Of a stretch of DNA of 64,000 bases, positions 18,028 to 26,610 are shown piece by piece; position 1 is the first letter of the stretch, and every line of letters starts with the position of its first letter. This DNA is from an uncultured Candidatus Saccharibacteria bacterium (GTDB lineage: Bacteria; Patescibacteriota; Minisyncoccia; GWC2-36-17; WO2-46-25): NCBI GenBank assembly GCA_964359755.1, contig CAYHUB010000002.1, forward strand, positions 924 through 64,923. The letters are read 5' to 3'. Both the position numbers and the translations under genes were made by a program. Under the pieces are notes generated by a model. It did no database searches and was not told the DNA's origin. It was given only the letters and a program-made list of their open reading frames with translations.

Positions 18028-19635
18028 ATGCCAAAGTATATTTTTGTGACGGGGGGCGTATGTTCGGGACTGGGAAAGGGGATCGCGGGGGCGTCCATCG
18101 GGATGCTACTCAAGGCCGCGGGGTTTACCGTCGCGATGCAGAAGCTCGACCCGTATTTGAACGTGGATCCGGGCACGATGAACCCGTATCAGCACGGCGA
18201 GGTGTTCGTGACGCATGACGGCGCCGAAACCGACCTTGATATCGGGCATTACGAGCGATTCATTGACGAGGAATTTTCCGCGCTTTCAAGCGTGTCTACC
18301 GGGCAGGTGTACCAAAAAGTGCTTGATAAAGAGCGCGAAGGGCTGTATCTGGGCAAGACGATCCAGATCATTCCTCATATCACCAACACCATTAAAGAGC
18401 ACATCCGTACCTGCGCCGAAAAATCGGGCGCCGATATTTTTTTATGCGAGATCGGCGGCACCGTGGGAGATATCGAGGCGGAGCCGTATCTTGAAGCGAT
18501 CCGCCAGCTCCACCATGAAGAAAAGCATCATAATATCATGTTTGTGCATCTTGTGCTCTTGCCGTATTTAAAAAGCTCGGGCGAATTGAAAACAAAGCCC
18601 GCGCAGGCATCGGTACGCGAACTGCGCAAGATCGGTATTAACGCGGATGTTATTTTGTGCCGGTTTGACGACGATCATATTGACCGCGAACATCTGGAAA
18701 AAATCGCGCTGTTTTGCGATGTGCCGATGGAGGCGGTGATTCCCGCGCCGACCGTTGCGTCTATCTACGAAGTGCCATTGAATTTCGACAAAGCAAATAT
18801 CGTCAAGCTCATTACCGATCATTTTCGTATTGACCACCGCGTGCCCGAGCTTAAAGAGTGGGAAGAGTTCGTGCGAAAGATCGGGTCGCACCTTCCGGAA
18901 GTGCCGATCGCGCTGGTGGGGAAATATACAGGACTTAAAGATGCATATTACAGCGTTATTGAAGCGGTGAAAGCCGCGGGATATTTTAATAATGTAAAAA
19001 TACATATCGTGTGGATAGATGCCGAAAAGATCGAGAAGGACGGGGAAGAAGGAAAACAGGAGTGGGAGAATCTGAAAAAAGCGAAAGGTATTGTGGTGAT
19101 GGGAGGGTTCGGCAAGCGCGGCGTGGAAGGCAAAATCGCCGTGGCGCGCTATGCGCGGGAAAATAACATACCGTATCTCGGGTTGTGCCTCGGCATGCAA
19201 ATCGCGGCAATAGAATTTGCGCGCCATGTGCTTGGCCTCACCGACGCGAACTCAGCCGAATTCGACGACACGACGAAAAACCCCGTCATTTATCTGATGG
19301 AGTCGCAAAAAGATATCCATAAAAAAGGAGGCACGATGCGGTTGGGTGATTTTGCGTGCCGCGTCAAAAAAGATTCAAAGAGTTTTATCGCCTACGGAAC
19401 AGAAGATGTCGTGGAACGCCACCGGCATCGGTTTGAATTCAACAACATCTATAAAGAAACGTTTGAAAAAAACGGTATGATCATTGCGGGTATAAACCCC
19501 GAGACTGGGTTGTGCGAAATATTGGAAAACAAAAATCACCCGTGGTTTGTCGGCGTGCAGTCGCATCCCGAATTCACATCGCGCCCTCTCCGCCCGCATC
19601 CGCTGTTCCGCGACTTCATCAAAGCGGCGATATAG
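18028..19635 (+). CDS. pyrG: CTP synthase
   Basis: N-terminus KYIFVTGGVCSGLGKG and C-terminal GATase motifs GLCLGMQ and H..RHRFE. 535 aa. Confidence 0.95.
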   Translation: MPKYIFVTGGVCSGLGKGIAGASIGMLLKAAGFTVAMQKLDPYLNVDPGTMNPYQHGEVFVTHDGAETDLDIGHYERFIDEEFSALSSVSTGQVYQKVLDKEREGLYLGKTIQIIPHITNTIKEHIRTCAEKSGADIFLCEIGGTVGDIEAEPYLEAIRQLHHEEKHHNIMFVHLVLLPYLKSSGELKTKPAQASVRELRKIGINADVILCRFDDDHIDREHLEKIALFCDVPMEAVIPAPTVASIYEVPLNFDKANIVKLITDHFRIDHRVPELKEWEEFVRKIGSHLPEVPIALVGKYTGLKDAYYSVIEAVKAAGYFNNVKIHIVWIDAEKIEKDGEEGKQEWENLKKAKGIVVMGGFGKRGVEGKIAVARYARENNIPYLGLCLGMQIAAIEFARHVLGLTDANSAEFDDTTKNPVIYLMESQKDIHKKGGTMRLGDFACRVKKDSKSFIAYGTEDVVERHRHRFEFNNIYKETFEKNGMIIAGINPETGLCEILENKNHPWFVGVQSHPEFTSRPLRPHPLFRDFIKAAI

Positions 19636-19666
19636 TTGGGAGAGGCGCGTCTTGCTTGGTTGTGGG

Positions 19667-19780
19667 CAATCGCCCCCCACTCAATCATTTCTTTTATCTT
19701 AACGGAAGCGCAGCCCTTCATTAATTATCTTATAGATGGGCGTGAGTGGATTAAAGAAAGGATTGAGTGGGGGGCGATTG
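19667..19780 (+). repeat. Palindromic intergenic repeat element, copy A
   Basis: Perfect 20-bp outer IR caatcgccccccactcaatc / gattgagtggggggcgattg encloses the conserved core TTTATCTTAACGGAAGCGCAGCCCTTCA...GGGCGTGAGTGGATTAAAGAAAG. Confidence 0.8.
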
Positions 19781-19838
19781 CGTCTAAAGAGAACATAAGC
19801 TTATAATCAAAAACTTTTTAAATCTGCGCAACAAAAGG

Positions 19839-20402
19839 ATGGGCAAAAAAGAGGCGCTCGAAAAGCTGAAAAAAGAAATGGAGGAAGATTCCGGTCTGCC
19901 GCTGTATGGCAGCGCAAACTTGGTATTCGGGGAGGGGAGCGAGGACGCAGAGATACTTTTTATCGGCGAGGCGCCGGGGCGCCGAGAAGACGAACTGTGC
20001 CGGCCGTTTGTGGGGCAGTCGGGAAAATTGCTGGACAAAATGCTTGCTAAAATAAATATGCCGCGCGAGCGCGTGTATATCACGAATATCGTGAAGCGAC
20101 GCCCGCCCCAAAACCGCGACCCGTTTGCAGAAGAAATACAAGCGTACACGCCGTATCTTCAAAGGCAGATCGACATCATCAAACCGGTGATGATCGCGAC
20201 GCTTGGCAGATTTTCCATGAATTATTTTTTACCGGACGCGAAAATATCGCGTGATCACGGCACAGCGACGCGCATCAATGCATACGTCCTTGTGCCGCTG
20301 TATCACCCGGCGGCGGCGCTTCGCTCGGGGAAGATGTTCAAGGAACTTGAAAAGAACTTTTTAGAGCTTCCGAAACTACTCAAAGACGCAAAAACCGCTT
20401 AA
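19839..20402 (+). CDS. Uracil-DNA glycosylase, family 4
   Basis: GEAPGRREDELCRPFVGQSGKLLDKML motif. 187 aa. Confidence 0.8.
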   Translation: MGKKEALEKLKKEMEEDSGLPLYGSANLVFGEGSEDAEILFIGEAPGRREDELCRPFVGQSGKLLDKMLAKINMPRERVYITNIVKRRPPQNRDPFAEEIQAYTPYLQRQIDIIKPVMIATLGRFSMNYFLPDAKISRDHGTATRINAYVLVPLYHPAAALRSGKMFKELEKNFLELPKLLKDAKTA

Positions 20403-20421
20403 ATAAAAGGAAATAGTGGTA

Positions 20422-20450
20422 TTGACAACATGATAAATATGAAGTATAAT
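20422..20450 (+). promoter_or_regulatory. Consensus sigma70-type promoter TTGACA-N17-TATAAT
   Basis: ttgaca at 20422-20427 and tataat at 20445-20450 with an exact 17-nt spacer. AAAAGGAGG SD sits before the ATG at 20504. Confidence 0.7.
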
Positions 20451-20503
20451 TGTCTCGTAAATTTAGAAGCTGCTATTTAAAAAATACATAAAAGGAGGTT
20501 CGC

Positions 20504-20773
20504 ATGAATAAGAATTCTGGTTGGTTTAAGTTTTTCTTTAAAAATCTTTTTTTTCTGGTGGTGGGATTAGCGATGGGAGCGGCAATGACGAGTGCGCTTC
20601 TCTTCTTTTTCCCCCCTGATTTCTCAGAAAGAGAAATCAGGGGGGAGTGTAATAAGTGGCAAAACTGGGCGCAAGAAATACGAGCTGACATATTTTCTCC
20701 GTCAGCAGAAATGGTAAGACAATGCCGGAAGGTTGGCATAGAACTTACGGTAAAAAAAGGAGAAGAAGAGTAG
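20504..20773 (+). CDS. Small membrane protein (89 aa), hypothetical
   Basis: Consensus promoter plus strong SD, and one TM helix (LFFLVVGLAMGAAMTSALLFFF). A perfect 14-bp palindrome ccccctgatttctc/gagaaatcaggggg lies inside the CDS at 20612-20645. Confidence 0.55.
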   Translation: MNKNSGWFKFFFKNLFFLVVGLAMGAAMTSALLFFFPPDFSEREIRGECNKWQNWAQEIRADIFSPSAEMVRQCRKVGIELTVKKGEEE

Positions 20774-20789
20774 AAAAAATAGGTTTAAA

Positions 20790-20820
20790 AGAGGGGGCAT
20801 CAATGATGCCCCCTCTTTCC
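20790..20820. terminator. Bidirectional terminator between the small ORF and phoH2
   Basis: agagggggcatcaatgatgccccctct hairpin flanked by an A-tract upstream and TTCCTTTTTT downstream. Confidence 0.7.
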
Positions 20821-20824
20821 TTTT

Positions 20825-22264
20825 TTAGAGAATATTTGCTGCCAATTCGGCGAGCGCGGAGCGCTCGCTTCGCATCATCATGATGTGGCCGGAGCAAACG
20901 TATTGTTTGAACCGGTGAATAGCGATTGATAATCCATTATTATGAATGTTGAGATACGGACTATCGATCTGGTTTATATCGCCGGTCAAAACTATCTTTG
21001 TTCCCTCGCCGGCCCTCGTGATGATTGTTCGTATCTCGTGGCCGGTGAGATTTTGCGCCTCGTCAATTATGAAAAATTGATGAGGCAAACTTCTTCCTCT
21101 GATGTAGGTCAGCGGTTCAACATACAAAACCCCGTCATCGATGAACTTCTGCCACGGAGGTTTTGGTCTGCCGTTTGTTTCGGCGGACTTATGTCTGGTC
21201 GAGTCGCCTTCATTCACCTTCCTTTTTTGCTTCCTCTCCTTTCTGGTCGGCTCCGAGACATCCTCTTTTGGTCTCTCGGCGCATATTTTTTTCCAGCCAG
21301 AAAATAATATATCCAGATTGTCGAATATCGGCTGCATCCAGGGATTGAGCTTTTCATTGATATCTCCCGGAAGAAAGCCGATATCTTCGCCCATTGGTTT
21401 TATCGGACGGGCGACGGATATTCTTGAATACATTTTTCTTTGCTGTTGTTCAAATGCGGCGGCTAACGCGAGCAGCGTTTTGCCTGTTCCCGCTTTGCCG
21501 GTGAGTGTGACGAGCGTGATGTCCGGATCGAGCAGGAGCTCAAGAGCAAGTCTTTGCTCGGCGTTCTTTGGCTTGATGCTGAAGACCGCTTGAGATGGCA
21601 CGACATTGACGGGTAATCGTATCAAAACATCATCTTTGCAGATTGTCTCCACGCGATCATTTCTGTCGTTTTTAATGATCACGAACTCATTGGGCATTAT
21701 TTCAAGATCTTCGGGGAGGGGAGCTTTTCCCGATCTTTTGGCAATAGTGAAAATGCCATTTTTGTCCCTTATCTCTTGAAATCCTGCATAGAGACCGACT
21801 TTGTCATTTCGGTATTCTTCCGCCCGTATTCCGTAAGCCGACGCCTTGTTCAAAAGATTGATATCGTTAGTGACAAGGATAACGGGAAGATTTCCGCTTT
21901 GCGGCGTCTGTTGCCACTTCAAAGCGACAGCCAAAATGTGATGGTCCGGCTTGTCCGCGTGGTTTTTCAACGGCGACAAAGAATGAATATCGTCCTCGGT
22001 GTCTATGAAGAGCGTTCCGCCGCTTTCTAACGTGACACCGTTTTTGAAATCTCCGCCATTGCGGACTTTATTCAGATACCGGGAAACTTGGCGGCTGTTG
22101 GCGCCAAGCTCATCCAATCCCTTTTTGAAGTTGTCGAGCTCATCAAGGGCGGTAAACGGGATGACAAGATAGTTGTCTTTCAGATTCAACAATACTTCCG
22201 GATCATGCAGGAATATGTTCGTGTCGATGATATAGATCTTTTTCGGGACATTTTTTTCCGACAT
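20825..22264 (-). CDS. PIN-domain PhoH-like ATPase (PhoH2/YlaK-like)
   Basis: N-terminal PIN (IYIIDTNIFLHD...TALDELD), then Walker A LTGKAGTGKT and PhoH-type C-terminus. I placed the start at MSEKNV (22264), which has AAAGGAGGCGGCT upstream. The track ORF extends to 22417 with a Lys-rich leader. Confidence 0.75.
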   Translation of the reverse strand: MSEKNVPKKIYIIDTNIFLHDPEVLLNLKDNYLVIPFTALDELDNFKKGLDELGANSRQVSRYLNKVRNGGDFKNGVTLESGGTLFIDTEDDIHSLSPLKNHADKPDHHILAVALKWQQTPQSGNLPVILVTNDINLLNKASAYGIRAEEYRNDKVGLYAGFQEIRDKNGIFTIAKRSGKAPLPEDLEIMPNEFVIIKNDRNDRVETICKDDVLIRLPVNVVPSQAVFSIKPKNAEQRLALELLLDPDITLVTLTGKAGTGKTLLALAAAFEQQQRKMYSRISVARPIKPMGEDIGFLPGDINEKLNPWMQPIFDNLDILFSGWKKICAERPKEDVSEPTRKERKQKRKVNEGDSTRHKSAETNGRPKPPWQKFIDDGVLYVEPLTYIRGRSLPHQFFIIDEAQNLTGHEIRTIITRAGEGTKIVLTGDINQIDSPYLNIHNNGLSIAIHRFKQYVCSGHIMMMRSERSALAELAANIL

Positions 22265-22503
22265 AGCCGCCTCCTTTTTTTCCGGCTTGTCTTTTTTGAT
22301 GCGGAGAGTTTTTTGATGAAAAGGCCGACTCTCCACGTTTTTTTGCAACCTCTTCTTTTCCTCTCCCGCAGTCAGCATCATTCCGCGATTTCTTGACGTG
22401 CCTTGGTCTCTCAGCATTTTGTGCCTCCTTGTATATGAATTTTTTAAGGTCCTGAATATGAGTTTCTTATATCACTATTTACCGGCGATGACAATAGCGA
22501 AAA

Positions 22504-24483
22504 TTAAGCGAATTTTTTGAGTTTTTTAATGATGTTTTTAAGTCGTTCCGCGTTTTTGAAATCAAGCTCTTTTGCGGCGCGTTTCATTTCTTTTGTATAC
22601 TGCTCGACCAATTTCTGGATGTCTTTTGTTTCCGAAAAAACACCTATTTCTTCAAAGGAGAGATCGGTTTCATTTTTTTGCGCCGCGATGCGTTCTCGCA
22701 GCGGCTTTTCTATCTGACGCGGCGTGATGCCGTGTTTTTTATTATATTGCTCCTGTATCTCGCGTCGACGGTTTGTTTCTTCTATCGCTTCGTTCATTGA
22801 GCGCGTCATCGTGTCTGCGTACATGATCACTTCGCCTTCGAGATGGCGCGCGGCGCGACCCATCATTTGGATAAGCGTTGTTTTATTCCTTAAAAACCCT
22901 TCTTTGTCAGCGTTCATAATAACAACAAGCGACACTTCCGGAATATCAAGCCCTTCGCGAAGCAGGTTCACGCCCACGATGACATCGTACTCGCCGAGGC
23001 GCAGGGCATGGAGGGTGTCTGTGCGTTCAAGCGTTTTTACCTCCGAATGAAGGTAATGCGCTTTGACTCCTTTTTCTTTCAGGAATTCCGCGAGGTCTTC
23101 CGCCATGCGCTTGGTGAGCGTGGTGACAAATACGCGCTGTTTTTTTGCTACGCGTTTTTTTATTTCTTCTATCGCGTCCCGTACCTGATGTTCGGCGGGG
23201 CGCACGGTAATGACAGGATCCAACAGACCCGTGGGGCGCACGAACTGGTTTACGATATGTCCGTGTGATTTGTTGAGCTCATAGGGTGCGGGCGTTGCCG
23301 ACATGTAGATCGCTTGCGGTACGCGCTGTTCGAATTCCTCAACCCGCAGGGGCCGGTTGTCGCGTGCGGAAGGCAGGCGGAAGCCGTAATTGATAAGCGT
23401 ATCTTTGCGCGCCTTGTCGCCAAAATACATCCCGCGTATCTGGGGGATGGTCATGTGCGCCTCATCCACGAGGATAAGAAAGTTTTTCCCGTATGCGTGC
23501 GCGAAATAGTCGATAAGCGTGAAAGGAGGGGAGTCGGGCTCGCGGAATTCTATCTGGCGCGAATAGTTTTCGATGCCGTGGCAGTACCCCGCGCTGGTAA
23601 GCATTTCAAGGTCAAAGCGCGTGCGCTGTTCTATCCTCTGCGCTTCGATCAATTTTCCCTGAGCGGTAAATACCGCGATCTGCTCTGTTAATTCGTTTTC
23701 AATATTTGCGACGGCACGCGGTATTGTTTTTGTTTCCGCGAGCCAGAATTTTGCGGGAAATATCCGCAGGTGTTCAATGTCTTTCCACCGGGGCGTGAGC
23801 TCGTTTGCGGCAATGCGGATGCGTTCTACCTCGTTTTTCCCGAAGATGACCTGAATGATATCGTTGCCGGTCGAGGGGCGTATTTCAACAATTTCTCCTT
23901 TCGCGCGAAAGATCCCCGGAATCGTTTCTATGTCATTGCGCTGATATTGGAGCGCGACGAGGTGCAGGAGAAGCTCTTTGGGCTGTATGCGCTGCCCCTG
24001 CGACACACGCACACTCAGAGCTTCGTAGTTTGCGGGCGCGCCGATGTTGTAGATGCACGATACTGACGCGATAACGATAACATCGTCGCGCGAAAGGATA
24101 GATTGCGTCGCTTCGTGCCTCAGCCGGTCGAGCTCTTCGTTGATCTTTACGTCTTTATCAATGTAGGTATCGGTCTGCGGCATATACGCCTCCGGCTGGT
24201 AGTAGTCGTAGTAGCTTACGAAATAATGCACGGAATTTTCCGGGAAAAACCCTTTAAATTCTTGATAGAGCTGGTAGGCGAGCGTTTTGTTGTGCGAGAT
24301 GACGAGCGTCGGCTTGTGCGTGCGCGCAATGACGTGCGCGGCGGTAAATGTTTTGCCCGAACCGGTAACGCCCACAAGCGTTTGGTGCGTGGCGCCCGCC
24401 TCAACGCCGTCTGCAAGCGCGGCAATCGCGTCGGGCTGATCGCCGGCGGGAGTGAAATCCGAGTGGATCTTAAAAAGAAGCAT
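22504..24483 (-). CDS. uvrB: Excinuclease ABC subunit B
   Basis: FTPAGDQPDAIAAL and GVTGSGKTFT motifs, UvrB-type helicase motifs, and a C-terminal UvrC-interaction region. Start set at MLLFKIHSDF (24483) by homology; the track ORF begins 38 codons earlier. Confidence 0.9.
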   Translation of the reverse strand: MLLFKIHSDFTPAGDQPDAIAALADGVEAGATHQTLVGVTGSGKTFTAAHVIARTHKPTLVISHNKTLAYQLYQEFKGFFPENSVHYFVSYYDYYQPEAYMPQTDTYIDKDVKINEELDRLRHEATQSILSRDDVIVIASVSCIYNIGAPANYEALSVRVSQGQRIQPKELLLHLVALQYQRNDIETIPGIFRAKGEIVEIRPSTGNDIIQVIFGKNEVERIRIAANELTPRWKDIEHLRIFPAKFWLAETKTIPRAVANIENELTEQIAVFTAQGKLIEAQRIEQRTRFDLEMLTSAGYCHGIENYSRQIEFREPDSPPFTLIDYFAHAYGKNFLILVDEAHMTIPQIRGMYFGDKARKDTLINYGFRLPSARDNRPLRVEEFEQRVPQAIYMSATPAPYELNKSHGHIVNQFVRPTGLLDPVITVRPAEHQVRDAIEEIKKRVAKKQRVFVTTLTKRMAEDLAEFLKEKGVKAHYLHSEVKTLERTDTLHALRLGEYDVIVGVNLLREGLDIPEVSLVVIMNADKEGFLRNKTTLIQMMGRAARHLEGEVIMYADTMTRSMNEAIEETNRRREIQEQYNKKHGITPRQIEKPLRERIAAQKNETDLSFEEIGVFSETKDIQKLVEQYTKEMKRAAKELDFKNAERLKNIIKKLKKFA

Positions 24484-24576
24484 AGAATTGTAGAATATAG
24501 CATTATAGCTGTAATGAAAAGATAAGCTACCGCCGTAGTATTGTGATAAATGCACGCGAGTATTGGGCTTAAAAAA

Positions 24577-24602
24577 TAAAAGGATGCGTATTCGCATCCT
24601 TT
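24577..24602 (-). terminator. Terminator of the small 24618-24821 gene
   Basis: aaaaggatgcgtattcgcatcctttt hairpin. A T-tract follows in the minus sense. Confidence 0.55.
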
Positions 24603-24617
24603 TAAGTTTTTTGTAAT

Positions 24618-24821
24618 TTATAGCACCTCGTTTACGAAAAGAGCGACCTTTCCTTTCTTCCCGTAACTTCTTATTTCCGCTTTCCTTCCTTTTGCTTTTT
24701 CTATCCTATCCTTCTCTTTTTCCAGCCAGCGTTTCATACAAATCATGCCATATTCCGTATCGACCATTTCACACGGATCTGCCCATTCCGTGTGTTGAAC
24801 CCTCTTTGCTTTCTTCTTCAT
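24618..24821 (-). CDS. Small hypothetical protein (67 aa)
   Basis: SD GGGAGGG 6 nt upstream. Lys-rich. Sits in a local AT-rich stretch. Confidence 0.45.
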   Translation of the reverse strand: MKKKAKRVQHTEWADPCEMVDTEYGMICMKRWLEKEKDRIEKAKGRKAEIRSYGKKGKVALFVNEVL

Positions 24822-24994
24822 TTTTACCCTCCCTGTAAGTTGTTAAACAGCAATGTACCGGGATACTACTATAGTCTTTAAAAACGTCAATAAAATAAAC
24901 AAAATAGTATAATAATTTCGCTTACTTTAGCCAAAAGAAGAAGTATTTTTTCAAAAAGATTGACAATTTATAAAAAGATTGTTACGTTTTATCT

Positions 24995-25750
24995 ATGAAT
25001 CAAGATCAGGTTTTATTAAATCTTATAGAAGAGTCGGGGCTCTCGCAGAAAGAATCCAAGGTGTATTTGGCCTTATTGGAGCTTGGGCAGGGAACTATTA
25101 ATGAAATTTCAAAAATAACAGGATTAAAAAGACCCATTATTTATGTTATTTTAGAAGGCCTATTTAAAAGAGGATATGCCAATGAAGTGCCGCATTGTAA
25201 AATAAATACATACCAGGCTATCGACCCCGCCGTTATATCGCTCAAGCTTCAAGCGGTGGCAAAAAATTTCTTTGATATGGTTCCGGTCATGAAAACGTTA
25301 TCTCACAAAAGCAATGTCCGCCCCGTCATATCTTATTATGATACAAAAGAGGGGATACTCAACGCTTACAATGAGGTAAATAATTATAGCGACGCTTTTT
25401 TTATCACGAGTTTATCAAGAATAGAAAATTTCTTTCCAAAAATTCTTACCGATTGGAAAAAATATTACAAAAAAAATATTATTAAATTAACGAGCAGAAA
25501 TTTGATTTCAGGTACGACGGAAGACATTGCGATCATAAAGGAATTTATGGAAATAACCGACAAGGTGCAGGGGAGAATAGTGCCGGAACTGAAAGATTAT
25601 AATGTCGACTTTGCTCTGTACGGTAATAAATTAAGCATCGCTTCTTTTAACAAAAATCCATTTTTAATCATCATCACATCCGAAGAAGTAGTTAAAACGA
25701 TCATGCCTATCATTGAGTTGGCATGGAACATGGGGAAAAGGATACCATAA
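24995..25750 (+). CDS. TrmB-family HTH transcriptional regulator
   Basis: N-terminal wHTH LSQKESKVYLALLELGQGTINEISKITGLKRPIIYVIL is typical of TrmB. The gene is markedly AT-rich compared with its neighbours. Confidence 0.6.
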   Translation: MNQDQVLLNLIEESGLSQKESKVYLALLELGQGTINEISKITGLKRPIIYVILEGLFKRGYANEVPHCKINTYQAIDPAVISLKLQAVAKNFFDMVPVMKTLSHKSNVRPVISYYDTKEGILNAYNEVNNYSDAFFITSLSRIENFFPKILTDWKKYYKKNIIKLTSRNLISGTTEDIAIIKEFMEITDKVQGRIVPELKDYNVDFALYGNKLSIASFNKNPFLIIITSEEVVKTIMPIIELAWNMGKRIP

Positions 25751-25870
25751 AAAAGCGTTTGAGAAAGAAGTGAAAGTGAGATATGATGGAAGTCGTGAAG
25801 TGTGAAATATGAAAACTATTTTTAGCGCATCCCTTCTGTTTTACGTTTCAAGATTCATGTTTCAAGCCTT

Positions 25871-26446
25871 ATGATCTCTTATCTTGAGGGAACAGCGATC
25901 GCGAAGAACGAAAAGAACGCAATAATCCTTGTGAACGGCGTCGGCTACAAGGTGTTTTTTTCCGGTGGAGATTTAAATACCATAGCACTCACCGGGGACA
26001 CCGTCAAAGCGTTTACCCATCTGCAAGTAAGGGAGGATGCGCTTGAATTATACGGCTTTTTAGACCGGTCGGCGCTTGAGCTTTTCGAGCTGTTCATTAC
26101 GATTTCGGGCATCGGGCCGAAGGTGGCCCTTGCGATCATTTCTACGGAAAGTCCAAGCGTGCTTGCGGGGGCAATCGCGCGCGAAGACGTGAAGTTTCTT
26201 ACCAAGGTGTCGGGCGTGGGTCTCAAAAGCGCGCAAAAGATCGTGCTTGAACTGCATGAAAAAATAGCGAAAGTGAGTTTTGCGATGCATGACGCGGGCG
26301 CATCGGCGGACGCGGATGCAATCGATGCGCTTGTGGCGCTCGGGTGGAGCGCACGCGATGCGAGAGAAGCGCTCAAAAATATTCCCAAAGAAATTGACCG
26401 GACCGATTTGCGGATCAAAGAGGCGTTGAAAAAATTAGGGAAGTAA
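25871..26446 (+). CDS. ruvA: Holliday junction DNA helicase RuvA
   Basis: ISYLEGT...VNGVGYKVFFS OB fold, then LFELFITISGIGPKVALAI HhH motifs and a C-terminal RuvB-binding domain. 191 aa. Confidence 0.9.
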   Translation: MISYLEGTAIAKNEKNAIILVNGVGYKVFFSGGDLNTIALTGDTVKAFTHLQVREDALELYGFLDRSALELFELFITISGIGPKVALAIISTESPSVLAGAIAREDVKFLTKVSGVGLKSAQKIVLELHEKIAKVSFAMHDAGASADADAIDALVALGWSARDAREALKNIPKEIDRTDLRIKEALKKLGK

Positions 26447-26476
26447 ATAGCCGTGGATTACGAAATGATATTTTTG

Positions 26477-26592
26477 TACTCTATCCTCTCTCCCAATTCT
26501 TTCTTTTATCTTAACGGAAGCGCAGCCCTTCATTAGTTTTTATATAAGGGCGTGAGAGGATTAAAGAAAGAATTGGGAGAGAGGATAGAGTA
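26477..26592 (+). repeat. Palindromic intergenic repeat element, copy B
   Basis: 23-bp perfect outer IR tactctatcctctctcccaattc / gaattgggagagaggatagagta around the conserved core TTCTTTCTTTTATCTTAACGGAAGCGCAGCCCTTCA...GGGCGTGAGAGGATTAAAGAAAG. Confidence 0.8.
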
Positions 26593-26610
26593 TGACAAGC
26601 GGATTGCTAT

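Noticed and set aside
19667-19780. Palindromic repeat copies as simple rho-independent terminators
   Set aside because: None is followed by a T-tract on either strand. The conserved core is far longer than needed for termination. Genuine terminators in this window (for example 20790-20820, 58242-58275) look different.
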